Of a stretch of DNA of 64,000 bases, positions 14,209-32,800 are shown one piece after another; the first letter of the stretch is position 1, and each line of letters begins with the position of its first letter. Made by a program: the position numbers and the translations under genes. Source of the stretch: Podarcis melisellensis (taxonomy: Eukaryota); assembly GCA_964234715.1 (NCBI GenBank), contig OZ174279.1, one strand, 5' to 3'. The notes under the pieces were generated by a model. It was not told the DNA's origin. It worked only from the letters and a program-made list of their open reading frames with translations, and made no database searches.

Positions 14209-16253
14209 AGAACAATAAGAAGCTAACTCTGCCAATTTGTGTTGTGGGGGGAGGGGAGCTCCATGGAGAGCCTAGGGCTACCAGCTTTCATAGGTGCTTG
14301 TTGACATCCCTGCCTCCCATCCACCCCAGCATTCTGTGCAGCCTTGGAGCTGAGTGGATTTTTTTGCAGTGGGATCAAGAAACGGGTCATCATTTAAGGC
14401 CTTAATAGATTTAGTCAGGCTTTCTCTGTGCAAGAGTACCTGCAGGAAAAGGAGGCAGTGTTTCCTAGGAGCTGAAGATTATTTTCATGTTAGCAAGCCA
14501 AAAGGGTGAGCAAGAATAGTAAAAGCCCTTCCGAGTGCTTGGTTCTTACAAGTTCTGTTATTAAGGAAAACTTAAAATCCCATTTGCTTCTGTCTCACTT
14601 TTTGTAGTTTGATGTGGAAACCAGCATAAAACACGGACACCTATCCAATAGCTGTCTCTTTAGCCCAGCAGAATGTGTTCTGTGTAAATTGGGGGGTAAA
14701 AGCTCTCACAAGATGATTTGCATCAACTGTTGCTACTCATGCTTTAATTTATCTCGGATACAGTGCTTCCAGAGAGATGTATTACTGCTTTTAAGTTCCA
14801 AAATAGCCCTTCGTTTTAAACTCTCATACTCTGCCCAGTGGTGTCATTCTAGAAATCACGGAATCTCATCATGCATAGCAAATGATACAGTAAGAAGTAT
14901 GGGTCGAAAATTACAAATGTAACTTTTCAGTATAGAGAGTAGGGAGGGCTTGGACAAGTGCTCTCTTTCAGCTTGGAGGCCATTCACAGCACATCCAAAA
15001 GGAAGAACTGACAAGTTAACCAGGATATAGCTTCATTAAATATAACCTGTATTTGTTGGGTATTTTTCTATTCCATATTAAAAATATGGTGGCTGCTATT
15101 TAATAAAATGTGGTGGTAGAAACATCCACCAGCTCACTTGAATTGAAAGTACCTCTGCTTCCTTCTCTTGATTCCATCTCTTTGTGTTTAGATTCTGATC
15201 ATGAAATCTGGAGATTGTTACATGGATTTAAAATACTTTGCTTTAATGCCAAAATTGTGATACTAAAAGCCTGGCGTGGTTATTGCCAGAGGCTTGGCCC
15301 CCTCTTTCTTTCCCCGGTTTATACACTACACAAGGTTAAGTTTCTCTTGCGTGGTGATGTTCACTTGCTTTTCAGTTTTATGTTGCGACTTGTAAGGTAT
15401 ACTAGTTTCTAAAGAAAAGCTCAGCAAATTCTGGATGCCTTGAAATGTTAATTTACCAGCTCTCAGCTAGGCTGGAAATGGTGGCTGTTGTATTCTTTAA
15501 ATAGCATTAGAGCTACCTTTGTTTAGAAGAGATGAGAATGGCTGGAGAGGACCCGCCACTCCCCACCCCACCCCCAAGTATTGACCACCTTTTTGAAATT
15601 CAGTCGCTTCATGGATGGATGCTGGAGGTGGCAAATATGTTTACAAAGCATTTTTTCCTGCATTTATCAGCAGTGCTATCAGCCTAAAAGATGGCAGTAT
15701 AGCCATCTATAAAGTAACTGCATCTAGGGGTAACTGGTCTACTGGTAGTAGGTCGTAGGTCTGATTGCCCCTTAAAGCTGCCAGAAAGCAGAGGTCTGAA
15801 CCATGATGCTTATTTGTCATTGTTATAACTTGCTGTCTTTCTCTTGCTGTTTCTCCTCTCCTCTTGATCATAGACTTTTGGAGGGAGAGGAGGCAGAGGA
15901 AGTGGGGCTGTGCTCCATTCATCAACTGCTTTCAATTTGTATCTGAATAAACTAAGTTAAAAGAAACCTTTGTATTTTTGGTACTTCTGCCCTGCTGAGT
16001 CGGAAATGTCAGACTAATTGAAAAGTGGGTCATAACCAAATGCTGTTTGCGACATATTCCATGAAATTTTTGGCCTGCTCTGTAAGATAGGGTAGAGTCC
16101 TTTCCCCTGAAGGATCAAACCAGGAGTGGCAAGAAACATTCTGCTCACTTCTCTCCTCCATATTCTGGTACTGCTTGCTTTGTGAGGCCAAAGCTGCATT
16201 TTTCATAGAATCAGAATCGCAGAGCTGGAAGGGATCCTGATGATCATCTAGAA

Positions 16254-16813
16254 CAGTGTTTCCCAAACTTTTTTGGGCAACGGCACACCTGTTTACTGAA
16301 AAAAAATCTCACGGCACACCACCATTAAAGCCCCGCCCCGTGACGTCAGCGCGCAGCGTCACGCCGGGAGGGACACACGAAAGTGAAAGTTTTTTCCCTC
16401 CCCCTTGCCGGGGAACCTCCAAGCTTTGGGGGTGGGAGGAGGCAGCAGAGCGAGGGACTGAGGGACGGCGGCAACTGAGGCGGCGGCGGCTGTTGTGGTG
16501 GTGGCGGCGATAGCGGGCGGAGGAGGGGGCGGCGGCGGGGCTTGAGGAGCCGTCGCCGGGAGTTGCTGCTGCTGTTGTTGCTGCTGCTGCCCGGACATGC
16601 CGGCCTCCTCCTCCTCCGCTGTCTCGCGCTCCTCCCTTTTGCACGCACTGCCCCGCCGCTCGGCACCACCACCGCGGAGCCGCCCCCGGCTCGACGCGGA
16701 TCCTCGCCGCCGCCGCCTCTCACCGCCCGACTCGCCCGCCTCCCTCCCACGGCACACCAGCCAATGTCTGACGGCACAGTAGTGTGCCGCGGAACACCGG
16801 TTGGGAAACACTG
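16254..16813. mobile_element. Non-autonomous hAT element (560 bp), same family as 40800-43650, with a GC-rich internal insert
   Basis: TIR CAGTGTTTCCCAA / TTGGGAAACACTG; perfect TSD ATCTAGAA at 16246-16253 and 16814-16821. The first ~72 bp and last ~90 bp align by eye with the ends of the large element. It is inserted in a CR1/SINE-tail-like remnant (catagaatcagaatcgcagagctggaaggg...). Confidence 0.95.
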
Positions 16814-18303
16814 ATCTAGAATCAAGTCCCTCAGGGCCTCTCCTTGCATGCTGCTTGACAATGCTTGCTCGATCTCTGTAGAAGCCAGAGCATTTCCCTA
16901 CCAGTTTGTGTGATGCAGCTGGTGCTCCTGGGACATGCTTGGTTCCCTACTTGTCCTGTGACAAGGACAAAATATAGGATAAGATCCGACACTGGTAGAT
17001 GCCTCACTGCTCTTGTTGAACATGGGCTCGTCTAGTCACGGAGTCTGGGACCAAACTCCTGGTTTCCTTCTGCATTGCTGAGAAGTAGGCAACCTCACTA
17101 GGAAGCAAAGATTGATCCTGCTTATATAATACAGGGTGTAATATCATCCCAAGGTTACAGACTAACTTCTGGGAGAGGCAGCAAAATGAGGTACTTGTTA
17201 TGTCCTAACACACAGCAATCAGACATGAGGCCTGAAGGTTGCATGCTGTCCTTGAGGCCTTGGTAGCCCTGGCACTGCCAAGGATGGTGCCGGGGGATGA
17301 AGCGTAAGGGCTCAGACAGGGTCCTAGAATCCTCCACCTTCCCAAAGCCTAGTTAGTGCTTTTTCAACTTTGAGAAGAATGTGAGGGCTCTAGGACCCTG
17401 CCAGAGCCCTGTGCCTCCTTCCCCAACTCCAGTGCCTTACGAGGGCTGGGTGTGTGTATCTTTAGTTTTCTATGTATTTCTGTTTTCCTTTAACACATGT
17501 AAAAGAATACTGAGATCAGATGATAAAGATGGAAGACAGCCTCAGTGCCTATATTGCACCCTACTGTAACCTCCCCTTCTCTTCAGTCCAAACTCTGACG
17601 GTGATCTTGATGTTACCTATAACTACCCTCAAACTGAGTAGTAAGAATTTTGAGAATAGCACTGTGGTTTTGTCAAAACTTTCTGGAAACAAAAAACCTG
17701 ATTTTTAAATAAAATCCTACCAGAGATCCTAGTTTAGGTACAAAGTCTAGCAATGTCAAATTACATAACACCAGTGATCAAATTAATATTGAATTCAACA
17801 TAAAAACATAAGAAATAGCCTGGGAATTGCCTTATTTTGTTTTTTTTAATGGGGAGGTGGTATGATTAAAGGATAGTTGAAATGTATATAAAGATTGCAG
17901 CTTAAGTTCCAAAGCCCATGAAGGGATTTATTATATTAGAAAAGGTACACACAATTCCAAGAGAACTCCAACATGAGTAAATAAAAGATTTATGGATATA
18001 AAATGCAAGACTGCTTTCTTTAAGAATAGGAAAGTGCAAAAATTGTCAAATAAGTTAACAGTAAAGGACAAATTTGAAGAATATATTTTTAAATATACAA
18101 GCAAGTTGCTTCTTTAAATACATCACTAATAGGAAACTGAACAAAGAAAGGCTTTATAACCATAACAAGGTTTGAAGGTGATAGTGGGAACAATATTGTG
18201 AATCTGCAAATATGCTAATTCTCTACATCAGTCTGCACTTTAAAATATGGTGGAGGTCTGTATTCAAACCACTGCTTCCAAAGAACACACAAAAAAGTCA
18301 GAC

Positions 18304-18305
<2 letters not shown>

Positions 18306-18336
<31 letters not shown>
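18306..18336. repeat. (TAA)n microsatellite at the end of an A-rich, probably LINE-derived tract
   Basis: About 10 TAA units are visible directly. Confidence 0.8.
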
Positions 18337-19907
18337 TTATTTCTTTAGAAAGGAAAAAGTCAAAGCAATATCCAAAGAATCTGAGAACTCAAATACAGTA
18401 GACTTTCATTAAGACACTGTTCTAATCAGGATCTTTACTACATAATTGGACAGCAGCCCCCGTAATACTACAAAAAAAACCCAAAAACCATAAATGGGGC
18501 TAATATAATTAGCAAAGAAATGGTTTTGGTGGTAGTGTTTTAAAAGCATGCAGACATTTCTCCTTTCATAATACTGAAATCCAGAGTCATCCAGTGAGCT
18601 GTCAGTTGAGTTTTCAAGGCTCTTCGAATGTTGTTAGACTCCCAATTACCATTAAACTGAGCCAGCGTGGTCAATGGTCAAGAATGATGGGAGTTGTAGG
18701 CTAGCAACTTCTGGAGGGTTCCTGGGTCATGCTAGAGTTAAGATTCCATATTAAGTTAGCCTTATTTTGACCAGGTACCATAACCTCAACTCTCTCATGA
18801 CACTTTCCCCCATTTATGCAGGAAATGAAAAATATTGTCCATGGCAAAGGGTTGTGTGTCATTCCAAGTACTTAGGTTGGGAAGTTGATGCACTATTTTC
18901 TGTTGGGAAGGCAGGGTGAAACATCACATGAAGTCACCCTAAAGCATCTTGATCTAGAGCAGGGGCGGCTATGTTGTGGCCCATCAGATCTTGTACTACA
19001 GTTGTCACCATTTCCGACCCCTGGCCATGGTGGTGGAGGCTGATAGGAGTTAAACATATAGGTGACAGGTTAACCACTCTGTTCTAGAGGGAAAGGTGCT
19101 TAATCAGCACTGGGGTGGGCATGTTTCAAGTTATTTAAGCCATCCTATCAAGTACATATTGCAGGGATAAGGAACCTCCAGGCTTCCCTAGCTGGCCCTT
19201 GGATCTAGCCCAGGCCCCACCCCTAGCCTCAGCCCATATCACTTACCAACCCAGCGCTGGATCTTCCTTGACTGCTTCTGTATGGCTGGACTACATCCTT
19301 GAATTCTGATAATGCCTCTTGCTTGTGTGACTGGAGAGGTGCATGTGTATATAGGAACCTTTGACTTTTGCATAGCTGGAACGTAGCTTACCATACAAAG
19401 GGAAGAGTTGTTCTGTTGTCTACCCACTTCTTGCCTCTCAGACTGTGTACCAATGGCATGTGGCCTTCTACAAGGTTGCCCATGAGGCAGTGCGGTCTTT
19501 GGGCTGAAAAAGATTCTCCACTCAACATAAGTTTCTGCTCGACAAAATTAGGTGAAAATCTGAGATTTATTAGTAAACTTCTTCCCCCTCATTACGAAAA
19601 GAAAAACTGTTTTAAAATTATGACTCTGGAAAACAACAGCTACTATAGAGCTGAAGTATTAAGTCTCTCTTGGTAGGACAAAAAGACCTTTAATGCTTCT
19701 TTCACACATCTACTCCGGTCCAAGTCCCGGCAGAGTTGCCAGTCCAGTCTCTTAAAAAATGCCACCCAAAACAGAAAGAAGAGAGCTGCATCAAGAACAA
19801 GTCTAACAAATCCTATTGGATAATATAAATACAGGGTGGCTTGAAGGTGAACGGTGCAGATTTTGGCTAGGTGAGAAGTGATCCCTAGGAGATGATATAC
19901 TCCAGTC

Positions 19908-25077
<5,170 letters not shown>

Positions 25078-26852
25078 GGCGCCCCCTTCTCAGTCAGCGG
25101 CGAAGGGAAGGCGATCGAACGACAACAGCAGCTTCCCGCGCTTTTGGCGCAATCAGAGAGTTACAGTCCTCCGGAGCATGTAGAGCGGCTCTGGTGTAAC
25201 CATGGTGACCAAACCCTCGCGCGATCACGGAAAACACAGCAAAGCGGAACAGTCTGAAAAAAAGCAGAAGTCAACTGCGCGATCAAAGAAGCCGACTGCG
25301 CGGTACTCGACAGGATTAGTCCGTTGGAAGCCGCTTTCTTTCTAGGCGTTTTTTGTCCATCTCGCTGATATTAACCCCTAGTTGAGTTTGAACGTAAGGT
25401 ATAAAATACCAAAGCAAACGCACTCAAAAGCACAACGCTTTTCTGATATCGGCGCAAAAGACTTGCCAGTAAACTTGTATCCTTAACGTGGGGAAAATCT
25501 CGTTACGGGCATCCGTGTTTTGTAGCTATCAGGGATTCGAGGGCGCGCGCGTTTTGCATGCACCCGTGGGATCCTGACGAGCGTTTCACGCATTCGCCCA
25601 CCCACGACCCATGATGCTCTTTTAAAATTTGGAGGTGGTTTTTTTTAGGGGGGTATTGGGTTGTTTTTATTTTGAACATATATTGCGTGGTTTTATTTTT
25701 TAATTTTGTTCTGTAAACCGCCCTGAGACCTTTTTTAGATATAAAAATAAAATGCCAGGAGAGTTTTGGAAGGATAGGTTAAAAACAAAAACAAAAAACT
25801 TAAATGATGCGGAGAGGGAAATGGAGGTCCATCCATATTGCACGCAGCCCATTATAAGTGGGGGCATTAAACCGTCCTCCTTCTTATGTAATAAAGCTTT
25901 CAGAATTACGTGCAACCATATATATCTTTTCTATTATAAATAAAAGTCGTATGTTTACATATTTATCTGTAAGAATGATCTTTCTTTCCACGTTGACGGT
26001 AACCAGAAGCGTCTAGTCCACACTGGAAGCCCCCATTCTGCGCAAAGCTCACCTGGGCTATAAGCCACACCGAAAACCGTGCCACTTCTTACCGAGGAAG
26101 CACGCGTAGGATTGCGCTGTGCGCCATGGTACATAAAACATCTCTACACACACATGCCCTTCGGAAAAAAGAGCGATTTTATGAGTACAGTAAATGAGGG
26201 ACATCTTGAGGAGGTGCCAACGAAAAGACGCTTAAGGGGCTAAAAGCAGAGTGTTTCTGTCCTTGGGTGGATGTAGATATCCTGAGAAGATGCAAGCATC
26301 TCCCCCACTTTTATTTTTTATTCCGCTAAAGCTACTTATACTGTAAAATACAAGCCAGCTTTCCGGGAGACTGACACGCGTTTGCTCTGCCACGTCTATA
26401 CATCCCGAACCCGCGAGCTCCCGTGCACCACTTCTATTTATTTGAAGGAAGCTCCGTCGGCTTCAGTGGCGTTTTCCCTTCCAAAGAGACACGTGTACGC
26501 CTGGAACTGCGTCACGCGAATACCGCGCGGGAAAGACGTAGCCAGACCTGCGCGGGAATTACGACGGGAGGAATTGGGGGGGGGGGAGAGAGAGAACACC
26601 ACGTGCCGCCGCCGCGGACACCGGGAAACGGCCCATTCCCGATGATGGCGAGCGAACGTTGACGTCGTATTCCCCCGCCACGCCCCCTCATTCCTATGCA
26701 GCGGCGGCGGCGTCCGCTTAGCCAATCGGCGGCGGCCTCTCATGACTATGTAATGAGAGTCCCGACCGGCCATTGCGAAGGCGCCCGCGTGACAGCGCCG
26801 AGCGCGGCGGGGCCGGAGGGTGGGCGTTGGCTGGCCGGCTGGCTGGCGCGAG

Positions 26853-29800
26853 ATGGCGGCGGCGGCCTTGTACCTGGAGCACTACCTGGACAGTGAGTGA
26901 GTGCGGCGTTGGGCAGAGGGAACGGGAGGGAAACAGGCCCAGGCCAAAGCCGGGCGGGGGCCACGCCGGCAATTGCGGCTGCGTCACACAGACCCGGCGA
27001 GGGAGGGAGGGAGGGGGCGGCGGGCGAGGTTTCTTGCTGCGTCATTGCGACGCGTAAAGGAGGGATCTCCGCGCCGGCCTTCTAAGGGTGCAGCTGCGAT
27101 CCTCGGCCACCAGGGGCCGCTCCTGCTCTACTACTATCAGCGCCGCCTGTCAGACGAGCAGCAAAAACATCCCCCTCCCAATGCTTTTAAGGCGCGTCGT
27201 GTTGCGCCTTCTCCAGGATTGCCACCTAAAAATAAATAAAAATGTCAGGGTTCCTATTCTTGCCCCACCCGTGTGACCGGTAGAAATTCAGCAAGTCAGG
27301 TGGCGAGGAAAGCTCCATTATTTGTAGACGGCTGTTGAATTCAACATAGGAAGCCAAAGCAGGGCATAATACTAATACTATTAATAATAGTCGCTTTAAT
27401 ATTCCCATTTATTCAGCCCCGTGCGTCAGTACTTCGTTAGCAAAGCTGCAGACCTCTCAACTTAAAAGACACATGGATGGTTATTTTATTCTTAAAATCT
27501 GTATGCTGTTTTATTATTAAAACCTCTAATCCGTTTATGTAGAGAATAATATACACATTAAAGTTATGAATAAAAGACAATAAAAACAAGCTGACCGAAA
27601 GGAAGCACAAGTTTTCATAAAATGTATGTATTTCAGTGCTTGTTAACTTTACATACCTTGTGCAAATGTGTTGTGCAGTAGGGAACCTCATCAAATGCAT
27701 AATTGGAGTGGAAATCTCCAAACACAAAGACACCCAAGAAGCCAAAAAAATGATTTTTTTGTGGAAGGGGTAGCAGACACACTTCCTTAGCCATAGCACC
27801 AGCTGGGCTTGGAATGCTTCTGTCTCCTCCCTCTTTAGCAGGCAAGTGAAATTTCCTGCTCCCGTATGGGACAACTTGTATTTCAAGAGTCTCCATGTTT
27901 ACTTGTTGAAAGGATGTAACTTAGCACGTGGGCATTGAAGCCCCCTGCAAAAGAGGATTAGACAGATTCATGGTGAATAACCTTATCAATGCCTACCAGC
28001 CATCATAGCTATGCTTTGCCTCCATGGTAAGAGAAGCAATAACGCTTCTGAATACTAGTAGATGGAAACTACAGGATGGGAGAGTGCTTTTGTGCTTAGA
28101 TACTGCTTGAAATTTTCCCACAGGCATCTGGTTGGCCACTGTGACGACAGAAAGCTAAGCTAGATAGGCTATTGTCCTGACCCAGCAGACTCTTCTTATG
28201 TTCTTATAGTGGGACCATAGAATAGAATAATATACTTCTTCTGGACTCTTCGTGAAAACTGAACTTGTAGATGTTTGCTTCCTTGATGGGCAGAGCAATC
28301 CTAACCATGGCCAGGTGGCAGCAGGACATGACTGCCTCAGCCCCACTGCTCACACTGATGAGGGTGGAAGGGCAGGCAGAATCCTGCTATGCCAGCCTGG
28401 AGCTGGCATACTAATTGGGCCAGATGCCATCAAATTATGGCACTAGGGCTTACTCAAGTTCTAGTGGATCCCAGAGCAGTTTAGTTCTTCCCCACTCCTG
28501 GATTGCCCTATTTTGAGGCTTTCTGTTGAGTACTAGCAGAAATGGGAAACTCCACAGTGGAGAAGTGACACTGATGCCACTCCACAGGCAGAGACTAGTG
28601 GAGCTGCTTTGGGATGGGCAGAGGGAGACCTTTGCTCTGTCTTGGATGGAGCTGGGAGGCAAAGTCTTAACAACTTCTAGAGGGCCACTGGTTCCCCATC
28701 CCTCCTGCACTTAACCATGGTTTAACATATCTGAACATGGCCACAGTGACATGAGGTTGGTGGTAGCAGTAAGGCCCATGAATCTCTGATCATTCAGAGA
28801 TTTCAAGTAGAGAAGATTCCTCTTGGGATCCAGCCAAAGGTTTCCTGGACTCTGGCACCTGCCCCGTAGCTAGTGGGAGCACCCACCTCAACATGCCATA
28901 TACAACAGAGAACAGATAAAGAGGAAGGCGGTAGGGTAAGGTATTTATGGGAAACAGGGTACCTGGCGAGGTGTATGGATGCTTTTTGTTATGCGTAGTT
29001 GGTTTGTGAACATAACTTTTATATTAAGAAATGTATGGTAGAGAGGGGACTGCAGCATTTCTGTTTTTGTATTTCAGGCATTGAAAACCTCCCTTGTGAG
29101 TTGCAAAGGAACTTCCAACTTATGCGTGAGCTGGATCAGAGAACAGAAGGTGTGTTCAGGTATTCTGGTTCACAGATCTTCTTGTGTGCTCAGCTCATAT
29201 TAGATTTGCACACATCTGAGATTCACTTGTCACATATATTCACTGGGAAAGTGAGGAGTAGCCCATAGCAGAGTTCCTTCAGCCTCCCAAGTTTTTGCTA
29301 TTTCAGTGCAACATGAAGATGGGGTGTGTGTGTGTCATTGTGTGGCCAACAACTGATTCCATTGTTTCATGTGCACCACTTCTAGCAAAGCTTGTAGGAG
29401 CAGAATAATATAATGCTGTATTTACATTTGAGTTTGACAAAGCCTTGCGAAGGACTGTAGATGTGTATGAATTGATCTTGCAAGCACAGTCTTGCTACTT
29501 TTTAGTCAGTTGTGCCTTACTAAGGTTGGAGAACTTTTGAACTTTTGAAGCACAACTCAAGAATTCAGCTGGCACATGTGCTTTGGTTTAGTTCCAAGTA
29601 TTTTAAAATGAGGGAACAAAGGACCAATTAAGTGGTCAGATGAGAAAGAGGACAGGACTCCTTCACTTTTAATAGTCGTGTAACTGAGGGAATGTCTGCA
29701 GGTGTAGCTTGCATAACAAGCTATGCCTCCTAAAAATCCTTTTTTACACAGCCACTGAATGTTCAGAAGCCCTGTACCTTTCCTCCCCTGGCTACCCCCA

Positions 29801-32800
29801 GAGAGACATTTCTTTCAAGGTTTCTGAAAAGGTTTCTAATGGTGAAACATATAGTTTGATCCTAAATCAATTTACTTACAAATAATCCCACTGAGTTCAA
29901 TGGGATTTTCCCACAAGTAAATGAGCTTTGGGTTGCAGCCTCACAGCTCAGTCTTACTCAAAATTAAGCCCCATAGAGCTCTACGAGGCTTACTTCTCAG
30001 GTAAGTGAGTATAGGGCTGCAACCTCAGTCTCATACTGTCTCCCATTGCTCTTCAGACAAGAAAGCAGAAATCGACAGTCTTGCTGCTCAGTACATTTCA
30101 ACAGTGAGGAGTTTGTCATCAGAGCAACGGGTGGAAATCCTGCAGAAGATTCAGAATGCTTACGCAAGATGCAAAGAGTACAGTGATGACAAAGTGCAGC
30201 TGGCCATGCAGACCTATGAGATGGTAAGGTTAGATTAGGTAGACAGAGGACTTGTGTTTCAAAATGAAAAATCCACCCTCTGTATTTCTTACTTCTCCCA
30301 TAGCTACCTCTGAAGCTTGTATTACAGGTACTAGTCTTTCTGCGTAATTAGTAGCTGTCGACTGACACAGACATGAGGATCCATGATCCTAGGTTCAGTT
30401 AGAGATAAAGAAGATAACAGGCAGGCTTGCATCATACATTCTCTACTTCAAAAAGAATCCTGATGTGGACTGGGATTGTGTACAAGGTTGTGACCTCCCC
30501 CTGTTTAATCTTTTACAGTCTGGGAGCAATGGGGCAAAAACCTGAGGCTAAAGTTATAGTGCTGGCAAGCAAGTAGATTTGTCAGCAGTGCATTTATCAA
30601 AATTATTTCTGTGGCTACATGTTCTTACTCACTGGACTATTACAGAGGGAAAGTTGTTTTCTGAGGCAGTGCAGGAATCTTCACTGCTTTGAGAATCCAG
30701 GCTATGGGGTTTATAGTGAGGGTCAACACAACTAGACTTGCTAGGATTCATGGCTCTCTGTTGTGGGAAGGGGTTGGGGTGGTCAAGGATCTGCCACATT
30801 TCCTTAATCTGTACATATGTGAATGACTGGGTATTTCCAGACAACCTGTTCATTGAGCATTCACCCCGATTTGTCAGCACAAGTTTACAGGGAGCTTAGA
30901 TATTGGCTACTTAATGAACATTCGTTCTGATTTGTTTGTGAGGTTAGATGAGTTGTGAGTCAAAGCAAGTGTTATCTCAGTGCATTTTCATGTCACTTTC
31001 CCTAATCACCAAAAATCTGAGCTTTGGGGGAAGCAGGTTTCTTTCACAATACCTCCCAATCAACTATATTTTGCAACCTGAATTTGCTGGTCTGTGATTG
31101 AATCCCACCTGAAAGTAGGAACTGTCTGGAAGAGTCTCAAGACTACAGAGGGACTGTGTGGTTTGTATTGACCGCCTTCCTATGGTAGCTGGTTTTTCTT
31201 CTCCCTCCCTCCCACTGCTCCCTAAATGGTCTGTGATTTGCATTTGTGTGGTACCCACAAACACCCAGAAAAGTTAACAGTGACACCAACCACAGGTCAG
31301 ATGAGAGAGGTGTGTTGAGGTGCATTGAAGTGATAAATACCAGAAAAGGAAGATAGCAAGTTGATTCCGATGATTTCTAGAGATATTACTGGATTTTGTT
31401 TTCTTTAGCTGTGTGGTCTCTCTTTCTGATGTAGGTAGATAAGCACATTCGACGGCTGGATGCTGACCTGGCACGATTTGAAGCTGATCTGAAGGATAAG
31501 TTGGAAGGCAGTGACTTTGAGAACCCTGCAACGCAAAACCTAAAAAGTGTGTACATTATGAATAGTGTCATCTCACTGTGAGGAAATCCTTCTATATATT
31601 TGTTTAATTTGTTATTATTATCATCTATTAGACTTACAAAACTTTTAAAACATAAATACTAATACATTATACCATAAAAAACAGAACAAAACATCCCCCG
31701 TAACAGCTACAGGAAGCTTTGGCACACACTAGTACCAAAGCAAACATCTTATGTGAGTCTATCGAAAGCCTGGGGGGGGGGGGAAATATAAGTCATTACC
31801 TGGTGCCAGAAAGATATCAACAAAGGCACCAGGCAGACCTTTCTTTCCTAGTAAAAGCTGTTTCTCATACATCATGAGAGTCTTGTATAAAAAGCATACA
31901 TGCCTGCTATGAGGAACAAAGGGAGAAATCAGCGAGGAGAGACATTTAGTTGGACAGAATTGAGCCATAGTTTTTCTTCAATATGGGTTCCATAATTTTG
32001 GCATAAAGCAGGCAAAATTATGTTGCTTAAGTTAATATTAGGAAGAGTCCTCTTACCTCAAACCACAAATCCACCTGGTCCAGTTTTGCTTTATAACCTG
32101 TGTAAATTCTTCCACAAGGTATTGTGCATTGACAGTGGCTTCCAGAGTTCTTACTCATACAGAAAATAAAGTAGTACCAAGTTTCTCCAAACCCATTTTC
32201 TAATCCTTTAGCTTCTCTTAGTGTTTTTTTGATAAAGCAGTTTGCCTGTGGATTGCATTTTGTTCCTCTGAAATTATATATTTGTTATAAGATCATATAT
32301 AGAACAAAAATTCTATTAAAATAAGAGTCTGGTGCACAATGTTAACAGGGTAAAAATTTTGTAGTAGTATTTTTTTAAATGATTATACATATAAACAGCT
32401 TAGGGTGATTTGAAGGTATGTATATATGAGCTATTTTCATTTGAAGTATTGTCAGAAGCAAATTTATCAAACATTAGTTTATTAGGTACAATCTTCAATG
32501 TATTTTACAAGGAGTAAACCTCATTTGACTTGGTGGGTCTTACTTCTAAGTAAACCTGTATAGGATTTTACTGTTAGACACTTTTTGAATGTACAAGTAG
32601 AATACATTGTTATTTATCTTAATGCCCCAGCTTACAGCCAAGTTACTTGAACAATCGTACAAAAAGATACATAAGATTGTTGTCCAACAGGTAATATCTT
32701 AGTGATTTTGGTTAGTTACAAATTTTACAAATGTCAGGTTCAGATAATAGGGGAAGTTGTGCTGGATAAAGTTGTAGGATTTTTTCAATGTATAGCTACA

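Noticed and set aside
17700-18330. A-rich tract possibly derived from an L1-like LINE (also ~31600-32500)
   Set aside because: Too degenerate to assign a family or boundaries from sequence alone.
26382-27276. Many overlapping GC-rich ORFs around ING5 exon 1 (also 24789-25257, 35468-36040, 49028-49510)
   Set aside because: Expected scarcity of stop codons in CpG islands and GC-rich MITE interiors; no protein signal beyond the annotated exons.
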